64,000 nucleotides of DNA. Origin: a virus. Its lineage: Duplodnaviria; Caudoviricetes. Shown in pieces: positions 57,472 through 64,000 of the stretch. Each line of letters begins with the position of its first letter. The first letter of the stretch is position 1. Both the position numbers and the translations under genes were made by a program. Below the pieces are notes generated by a model. That model was not told the origin of the DNA. It saw only the letters and a program-made list of their open reading frames with translations, and ran no database searches. Where the stretch lies: IMG/VR virus record IMGVR_UViG_3300028634_000502, positions 37,231-101,230 of that record; one strand, 5' to 3'.

Positions 57472-58632
57472 ATGAAGCTTTTATATTCAAACATGCTTCC
57501 ACTCAGCACAACAGAGGAGCAGGAAACCATAATTGACTGCGTCAACCGACAGATTGCCGAATCAGATAGAATAGAAATTGCCGTTGGATATATATCACGT
57601 GCTTCTCTAGACGAAATCGATAGGCTGGTGGAGCAGTTCAATATCCAAAGCATAACTATCACAATAGGAATGTATTACATCGAAGGAATGCCTGAAGGTT
57701 CTTATCGTGTTGCTATTGAATTAAATCGAAAGTGGCAAGAACTTGGTATTGGAGAAATACGTCTTATCCGTGCATTTAAATATCACGGAAAGCTTTATTG
57801 TTTCTACAAAGATGGTCAGGTGTTTTCTGCTATTATTGGCTCTGCAAATATGGGGGTTTTGAAATTAGATGCAAACAACCGTAGACAATATGAAATATCA
57901 TGCCTGGTAACTGAAGAGAATGAAAAAAATGAAATAGCAACATTTATTGAGCAGTTGAAAACATCAAATTGTTCAGCAAATATTGCGCTTGTACAAGGCA
58001 TGACTCTTATCAGAGAAGTCAATGTTTCTTTAAATGGTATTGACACTGTTACCCAGCTGCCACCAACCGGAGTTCAGCTTTATATGCAGCACAAAACAAC
58101 AGTATCTTTTGTACTCCCAATTAAGGTACCCTCGTTTGATGAGCGTTTTATGGACGATAATAGACATTATACAAAATCAAATATAAATGTCTGTTATGCG
58201 GCACCCAGAAGCCGCAGAAAATCGCGTGATTGGTATGAAACGCAAATGACAGTTGCAAAAGAGATTGCTCGTCAGGTAGGATACCCAGAAAAAAATGTAA
58301 CCTTTTTTGTGGTAACGGATGACGGATATTGGTTTAAGGCACACACTACAAGTGACGGAAATAAGCAGTTTAGTGCAGTTGGAGACGAGTTGATTCTTGG
58401 GCGATGGATTAAAGGCCGCCTTGCAGCTGCCGGCCTCGTTAAACCAGTAAACGATACACAAATTGATGCCGATAGACGCGGAATGATTACTAAAGAAATG
58501 TTAGCTTCATACGGTTGTGACAGCTTGTTACTTACCAAAACAGATCAAAAGGCTTTGGATGAAGATAGTAATGAACTTGATGTTTGGATTCTTTCTTTTG
58601 AGGCAACCGCCGAAGAAAACGGAGGTCAATGA
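57472..58632 (+). CDS. NgoFVII/CglI-type PLD restriction endonuclease subunit
   Basis: YHGKLY...GSAN...YE PLD motif plus C-terminal DNA-binding domain. Confidence 0.88.
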   Translation: MKLLYSNMLPLSTTEEQETIIDCVNRQIAESDRIEIAVGYISRASLDEIDRLVEQFNIQSITITIGMYYIEGMPEGSYRVAIELNRKWQELGIGEIRLIRAFKYHGKLYCFYKDGQVFSAIIGSANMGVLKLDANNRRQYEISCLVTEENEKNEIATFIEQLKTSNCSANIALVQGMTLIREVNVSLNGIDTVTQLPPTGVQLYMQHKTTVSFVLPIKVPSFDERFMDDNRHYTKSNINVCYAAPRSRRKSRDWYETQMTVAKEIARQVGYPEKNVTFFVVTDDGYWFKAHTTSDGNKQFSAVGDELILGRWIKGRLAAAGLVKPVNDTQIDADRRGMITKEMLASYGCDSLLLTKTDQKALDEDSNELDVWILSFEATAEENGGQ

Positions 58633-60476
58633 TGCAATACCTAAAGACATACCTTGAAAAAGTTACTGACCGAGGAAACACTAATCTCGCCAATTCCATC
58701 CAAAGAACTGCAGAGGAAGTTGGGAATTTACATATTAAAGGTTTCTCCTTTACGAGCCATGAAATTGGCCTTCTCTTTGGAAATGTGCAATCGGGAAAAA
58801 CTGGCCAAATGTTTGGTATTCTATGCAAAGCGGCTGACCTTGGCTTCCCAGCCTTTGTTTTGCTAACTACTGACAATGTAGTTCTTCATCAACAAACCCT
58901 GGATAGAGTTAAAGCCGATTTAGATGGATTTTGCATTTGTGGCGAAAATGATTCAGGGTTGTTTATAGAAAACAGCCTTATAAAACCAGCCATCGTTGTA
59001 TTGAAGAAAAATTTCAGAACGCTTCGTCTTTGGGCAAATGTCTTTAACACTACAGGTTTTATGAGGGGGAATCCTCTCTTTATAATTGATGATGAGGCTG
59101 ATACCGCTTCTCTAAATACTCTTATTAACAGAAGCAGACAATCCTCCATTAACAGATATCTTGACTCGATTAAGGACGGTGCATCAAGCAGTCTGTACTT
59201 GCAAGTAACTGGAACCCCGCAGGCAATATTTCTTCAAACGATTGCTTCTGGGTGGCATCCGTTGTTCACATATTACTTTAAGCCCGGAAACGGCTATCTT
59301 GGCGGGGATTTCTTCTTCCCCGAAACGGGTACACCCTCCTGCATTAGTATTCTTAACACTATTCAACGTCCTGCTCGTAATGTTGTAATACGTCATTTGG
59401 CAGTATCTGCTCAGATACTTGCTTCTGGCGGGGAGGTATCAAATTGCCTAATTCATCCAAGTATAAGACAGGCAGTCCATCAGCATTCTGCAGGCGACGT
59501 TGAAAAAGAACTAAACTGGTGCGTTGAAAACATTACGGGTGATTTTGTAACCGAACTTCAGATTCAATATGACTCTTATGAACCATCAAAGAATGGCAAG
59601 CTTCCTTTTAATACAATTGTTGAAAAAGCGCAGAATCTTTTGACTAATGGCGGTATTAAAATTCTTATTATGAACGGAAAAACGGATGTAGACAGTGATG
59701 CGTACTCCGTAGGGTGTAATTTCGTAGTTGGCGGTAATACACTTGGCCGAGGAGTCACATTCCCACAGTTACAAACAATTTACTACACAAGGACTTCAAA
59801 GAAACCCCAAGCAGATACAATGTGGCAGCACAGTCGGATGTTTGGATATGATCGAGATCCTGGAATGATGAAGGTGTTCATTGATGAGCATCTCTACAAG
59901 TTGTTTGCGGATATCAATGCTACCAACAACTCGATAATTTCCCAGATTGAGCAAGGCATCGAGAATGTAAAAATTTATTATCCAGAAGGACTCAATCCCA
60001 CTAGAGCAAATGTGCTTGATAATGATCATGTGGAAGCTATTTCTGGAGGTACCAATTATTATCCTTACAATCCGAAGAATGATACCATAGAGCAGATTTC
60101 AGAACTTTTACAAGCTTTCTCTGAGGATGAACCGTATTATCAAGTTAATCTTCGTTTTGTAAAAGAACTGCTTAGCCATATCATACCAAGTCCAGATTTT
60201 AAGTTGTTATCTTTCAAATCGATTATCGACACTATGCTTTCCGAAGCACCCGCCGGGCAAGGAATACTTATTGTCCGAAGACGCAGAGATATCACTCAGG
60301 GAACAGGTGCATTACTGTCACCTAACGATTGGCAACTTGGCGGGAGATTTATGGACAAGGTAGTTCTAACCATGTACCAAGTTACTGGTGCAAAAGGCTG
60401 GGGAGGACAACCGCTTTGGGTGCCGAACATCAAACTGCCCCATGGCACTTTATATTATGATGTTACTGAGGACTAG
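58629..60476 (+). CDS. DEAD-Z1 helicase/ATPase subunit of a CglI/NgoAVII-type R-M system
   Basis: GNVQSGKT, IDDEAD, TGTP, GGNTLGRG, Q..RMFGY. Confidence 0.9.
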   Translation: MMQYLKTYLEKVTDRGNTNLANSIQRTAEEVGNLHIKGFSFTSHEIGLLFGNVQSGKTGQMFGILCKAADLGFPAFVLLTTDNVVLHQQTLDRVKADLDGFCICGENDSGLFIENSLIKPAIVVLKKNFRTLRLWANVFNTTGFMRGNPLFIIDDEADTASLNTLINRSRQSSINRYLDSIKDGASSSLYLQVTGTPQAIFLQTIASGWHPLFTYYFKPGNGYLGGDFFFPETGTPSCISILNTIQRPARNVVIRHLAVSAQILASGGEVSNCLIHPSIRQAVHQHSAGDVEKELNWCVENITGDFVTELQIQYDSYEPSKNGKLPFNTIVEKAQNLLTNGGIKILIMNGKTDVDSDAYSVGCNFVVGGNTLGRGVTFPQLQTIYYTRTSKKPQADTMWQHSRMFGYDRDPGMMKVFIDEHLYKLFADINATNNSIISQIEQGIENVKIYYPEGLNPTRANVLDNDHVEAISGGTNYYPYNPKNDTIEQISELLQAFSEDEPYYQVNLRFVKELLSHIIPSPDFKLLSFKSIIDTMLSEAPAGQGILIVRRRRDITQGTGALLSPNDWQLGGRFMDKVVLTMYQVTGAKGWGGQPLWVPNIKLPHGTLYYDVTED

Positions 60477-60494
60477 GCAAACACTTATAAGGAG

Positions 60495-60923
60495 GTGATT
60501 GTCATGGCGGATAATCACTCCAAGGAAATACGAAGTAAAAATATGTCTCACATTCGCAGTATAAATTCTAAGCCGGAAGAAAAGGTGCGAAAATATCTAT
60601 TCAAACGCGGGCTTCGCTATAGGAAAAATGTTCGCAATTTGCCCGGATGTCCTGACATCGTCCTTCCAAAATATAAAACCGTTATTTTTATAAATGGTTG
60701 TTTTTGGCATCATCATGACTGCGGATGCTTCGTTTGGCCGTCTTCAAACGAAGAATACTGGCATAATAAAATCGAACGCAATGTAGAACGTGACACTGAA
60801 AATACACTTTTACTTAGACAACAAGGTTGGCGTGTTCTTGTCATATGGGAATGTCAGCTTAGGAAGGTTGTTGCAGAAAATAGTTTAAATTCTCTGTACG
60901 AAAGTATAATTACCAACGAATAA
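60495..60923 (+). CDS. vsr: Very short patch repair endonuclease
   Basis: RSKNMSHI, LPG.PDIV, FINGCFWH.H, WEC. Confidence 0.93.
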   Translation: MIVMADNHSKEIRSKNMSHIRSINSKPEEKVRKYLFKRGLRYRKNVRNLPGCPDIVLPKYKTVIFINGCFWHHHDCGCFVWPSSNEEYWHNKIERNVERDTENTLLLRQQGWRVLVIWECQLRKVVAENSLNSLYESIITNE

Positions 60924-60975
60924 AAAGTAGCCAAGTATATCATCATGTGAATATGATATTGCTTGGCTACTTTTT
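60922..60975. terminator. Bidirectional terminator
   Basis: AAAAAGTAGCCAAG...CTTGGCTACTTTTT between convergent genes. Confidence 0.82.
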
Positions 60976-62026
60976 ATTCGTTTATATTTGCATCTATTGC
61001 TGGATAATCAATACCTGCAAAACAGCGAAGAATTGATTCGAAAATAATTTGGGCACCTCTGCATGGCACTGCCATTCCTATTTGCTTTCTAACGCTTTCT
61101 TTACTTCCAATAAATTCATAGTCGTCAGGAAATGTTTGCAACCTTGCTCTTTCTCTGTTGGTTAATGCTCTTGGCTCTTCCCAATGATAAATATGAGTTC
61201 CACCGCCGCCACTACCAGTAACCGTATAAGATGGGCGATTTGGGTCAAGTCTCTTGTAAATTTGACTGATTCTTGCTCCTCTAATATTGAGTTGCAGCTC
61301 TACAGGCAAATTTGCAGTAAAAGCATTCTGACCGGGCAGAGTATGCTGAAGTCTCTGTACAACAGTTGGTGACTGTCTTGTCAGTTCGTTATTAAAGGCA
61401 TTTGCAGGAATTGGAGGAACTTCAATCGCTGTCCTGCAGGAATTATCAATATTAGCATATGGTTCTGTTGACGGAACTCTGTATTCCACATCGATGTCAT
61501 CACGAATTCCAACTATTATTAATCTGTGTCTTGCCTGCGGTATTCCGTACTCCTCAAACTTATAAAAGTGAGGCGTAATATCATATCCTGCTCCTCTCAG
61601 CTCTGCTAGTATCCTTGTAAGAGCAGAACCTTCATTTGCACTTCTTAAACCGCCGACATTTTCTGCTACGAACCAATGTGGTCTGAAAATTCTTAAAGCT
61701 CTGATTCCATAAGAATACAGGGGGCCGAATTCTCCATCCATTCCTCTCTGTTCTCCGACAACGCTATAGTCATTACATGGAAAGCCAAATGCTAACGCAT
61801 CTATTGGTGCGAGCTGACCCAAATCAAATGTGCGAATATCCCCATGATAAACCGTCTCCGGTGCATCGGGGCAGATGTTATGTCTGTATGTCTCGCAGGT
61901 GTTAGCATCATAATCGTTTGCCCATTGATGTACAATTGAAAATTCGGGGTTTCCTATATCTGCGTGCGTAGCACCCCATGCGATCCCTCCTGGACCGCAG
62001 AACAACTCCCCTAATCTAAATGGCAT
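60974..62026 (-). CDS. DNA cytosine-5 methyltransferase of the CglI-like system
   Basis: LFCGPGG, GFPCND, ENVGG, QARHR. Confidence 0.93.
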   Translation of the reverse strand: MPFRLGELFCGPGGIAWGATHADIGNPEFSIVHQWANDYDANTCETYRHNICPDAPETVYHGDIRTFDLGQLAPIDALAFGFPCNDYSVVGEQRGMDGEFGPLYSYGIRALRIFRPHWFVAENVGGLRSANEGSALTRILAELRGAGYDITPHFYKFEEYGIPQARHRLIIVGIRDDIDVEYRVPSTEPYANIDNSCRTAIEVPPIPANAFNNELTRQSPTVVQRLQHTLPGQNAFTANLPVELQLNIRGARISQIYKRLDPNRPSYTVTGSGGGGTHIYHWEEPRALTNRERARLQTFPDDYEFIGSKESVRKQIGMAVPCRGAQIIFESILRCFAGIDYPAIDANINE

Positions 62027-62028
62027 AA

Positions 62029-62379
62029 TTACAACCCTCCTTCTGAAATTCTATCGGTATTTTTTCTAGATAACATGAAGTCTATAAGGAGTTGCAAATA
62101 TTCCATATCATTATTGCTTAATTTCTCCAGACCACGAAGTTGTACACTTGGATGAATATCATTTTCTGAAATATATCCTGCCGCTAACAGTAGTTTAAAT
62201 GGATGGAAATTTAGTGCTTGAGCAATCTTGCACAGATTCTCCCAGTTCGGTTTCTTACGAACACCACTCTCAATTTTCATTATCTCACTGTCGCTTAATC
62301 CACAGGCGTTTCCTAATTTTTTCTGAGACAACCCAACCGCTTCTCTTGAATTTTTTATTAGCTTACCTACATTGAGCAT
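62029..62379 (-). CDS. Xre-family HTH regulator upstream of the MTase
   Basis: GLSQKKLG...IESG.RK.P. Confidence 0.88.
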   Translation of the reverse strand: MLNVGKLIKNSREAVGLSQKKLGNACGLSDSEIMKIESGVRKKPNWENLCKIAQALNFHPFKLLLAAGYISENDIHPSVQLRGLEKLSNNDMEYLQLLIDFMLSRKNTDRISEGGL

Positions 62380-62397
62380 AATCTCACCTCGTAAACC

Positions 62398-62459
62398 ATT
62401 CTAGCATTATCGCTGCTTATTGTCAATGTTTTTCTAAATTTTCGCTGCCGAAAAGCAGC
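62398..62459 (-). promoter_or_regulatory. sigmaA promoter of the xre-MTase operon with three GCWGC sites
   Basis: TTGACA-17 bp-TAGAAT; GCWGC at 62412, 62444 and 62455. Confidence 0.7.
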
Positions 62460-62917
62460 ACATATATGTTACTGGCTTGAGACGATTCAGGTACATACTT
62501 GGACGCGATTATGCCGAACTTGGGCACCTTTGTACAAAAAATAAACCCACAAATTATTCTTCCTAACTCTTTATTTTTCTTCCGTTACAGAAAAGGTGGG
62601 CACAAAATCCTATTACCGAAAACTCGAGGATATCCCGGAAAAAGAAAAGCGAGATAGGCTGAGTTCATATTCGAGCCCACTATCTCGTTTTTACAGTATT
62701 CAATAGGCTTATCGCAGAATAATTAAAAGAAGTCGAGTTCCAAACTACAATAGACCGTTATAACACTTCTATCTCCTCAACCTATCAGAAATCTATCTGT
62801 CTACCAAACTATCCTAATTGACCAATTCCCGTAAACAACTGATTTTTCAACAGGTTTTGCCACAATGCAAGATACCTTAAATAGCTAACACCTTTGTTTT
62901 CTACACTTTTCAGCGGT

Positions 62918-62959
62918 TTACTTCTTCACCCTTGACATCAATGCAACTGCCTCAACGTG
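62918..62959 (-). repeat. att-associated copy of the rlmD/rumA 3' end (HVEAVALMSRVKK*)
   Basis: Direct repeat of 9748-9779 (29/32). Confidence 0.85.
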
Positions 62960-63076
62960 AATTTTTTAGGCTATTTCATATTTTTGAAAAATGCAGTAAA
63001 AATGCTGTATTTATGCTGGTTTGATGTCTATCCTGTCCTCTCGACAAACTATTTTCAATTAGGCTATTTTGGATTT

Positions 63077-64000
63077 TCACTTCTTCGAACTGTATTTTTT
63101 ACTTTTTCTCTGGCTGCCATCTTCGCCACTTATAACATTACTTCGGTGCTGTTTTTCAATCTGCACCGCTTGAAACATTTCCTTGGATATGATAGTCGGG
63201 TTATTACCCTCTGCAAGATAATATGAATCATGTTTCCCGTTATCCAATAGACGCACATTACCAATGTATTTTTCATTACTAAGCATAACATCAATTGTCC
63301 GCTTAGCCCACTTGCCTTTGCCGGTAGGAGATTTAATTTCAAGTCGTTCCAGTTCTTTCAAAATACCTAAAACGCTCTTGCCCTGAAGATAGAGGTCAAA
63401 TATCATATGGACATTTTTTGTTTCATTATTATTAATAACCAGCTTACCATCAGCACCATTGGTATATCCATAGCATTTTCTGTTATAGAGCTTTGAAGTA
63501 CCTTGTGCGGCACGTTGTTTGATGCCCCATTTGATATTATCGCTTCGGGATTCATTCTCTGCCTGAGCAATTGACTCAATTATTGAAATCATAAGATTGC
63601 TGTCTGTATCAGCAGTATCCAGTTGCTCCTGTTCAAATATGACACGAATGCCGAGAACTTTTAACTGGTTCAATGCGTCGAGGATTTCCACCGTGTCTCG
63701 CCCAAATCTACTGATGCTTTTGGTAAGGATAATCTCTAAATCATGTGACTGACAATCCTTCAGCATACGAGTAAACTCTTTACGAGAAGAACCTGTCTTG
63801 CTTGAACCAATATCTAAATAAACGTCAACTAATAACCATTTGGCATTAACTGCTGTTAATCTCGTTAACGCCGATACTTGGGCGGTTAGACTTTTCAGCT
63901 GATCAGCACTGTTTGTACTCACACGGCAGTAAATGCCAACTCGTTTCTCTCTCTTTGGTGGCTTTGCTGGAATATATTCAATTCGTTTATTTTCAGCCAC
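63077..64000 (-). CDS. Serine recombinase (catalytic and recombinase domains, no Zn ribbon/coiled coil) of a third adjacent element
   Basis: IYCRVST, KSISRFGR, NEKYIG; 307 aa; start lies at the window edge. Confidence 0.88.
   Translation of the reverse strand: MAENKRIEYIPAKPPKREKRVGIYCRVSTNSADQLKSLTAQVSALTRLTAVNAKWLLVDVYLDIGSSKTGSSRKEFTRMLKDCQSHDLEIILTKSISRFGRDTVEILDALNQLKVLGIRVIFEQEQLDTADTDSNLMISIIESIAQAENESRSDNIKWGIKQRAAQGTSKLYNRKCYGYTNGADGKLVINNNETKNVHMIFDLYLQGKSVLGILKELERLEIKSPTGKGKWAKRTIDVMLSNEKYIGNVRLLDNGKHDSYYLAEGNNPTIISKEMFQAVQIEKQHRSNVISGEDGSQRKSKKYSSKK

Larger units (their letters stand above)
9780..62959. mobile_element. ~53-kb phi-m46.1-like prophage (element A) with antibiotic-resistance and defence cargo
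   Basis: Bounded by rlmD 3'-end repeats; full replication, packaging, head, tail, lysis and recombinase modules; left limit uncertain (9.8-12.8 kb may be a separate relic). Confidence 0.85.

Overview
Bacillota (Clostridia-like) DNA made up almost entirely of tandem integrated elements. Two 32-bp copies of an rlmD/rumA 3' end (HVExVxLMSR*, at ~9.75 and ~62.93 kb) bracket an apparently complete ~53-kb siphovirus-type prophage whose gene order resembles streptococcal phi-m46.1. It carries a sigma-70-like early gene, DUF2800/DUF2815/PolA/VirE/SNF2 replication genes, HNH-terS, metK and a ParB-MTase, terL, an HK97 head, tail, lysis genes and a large serine recombinase module. Its cargo includes mef-msr(D) with both leader peptides, a GrpB-like gene, a truncated vgb and a vat. 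At its right end is a defence block: a Lamassu/ABC-3C-like triad, Xre, and a CglI/NgoAVII-like R-M system with Vsr. The left 9.8 kb is the equivalent end of a second, related prophage. It has the same conserved ~210-bp structured leader and sigma-like gene but a different block: two unknown genes, an RloC-like Rad50/SMC ATPase, Xre and an HhaI-like R-M system. Top candidates for new biology: (1) the two unknown genes share a Q/N-rich 15-residue motif (C-terminus of one, N-terminus of the next) conserved at protein level despite synonymous divergence, the layout of amyloid/RHIM-type signalling, here coupled to an RloC-like ATPase; (2) in both prophages the usual repressor slot holds an operon with a Rad50/SMC-type DNA-break sensor whose associated nuclease looks catalytically disarmed, suggesting defence machinery co-opted as a regulatory switch; (3) a conserved attenuator-like RNA leader; (4) MTase promoters that contain their probable target sites. 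All family assignments come from motif recognition by eye; no searches were run.
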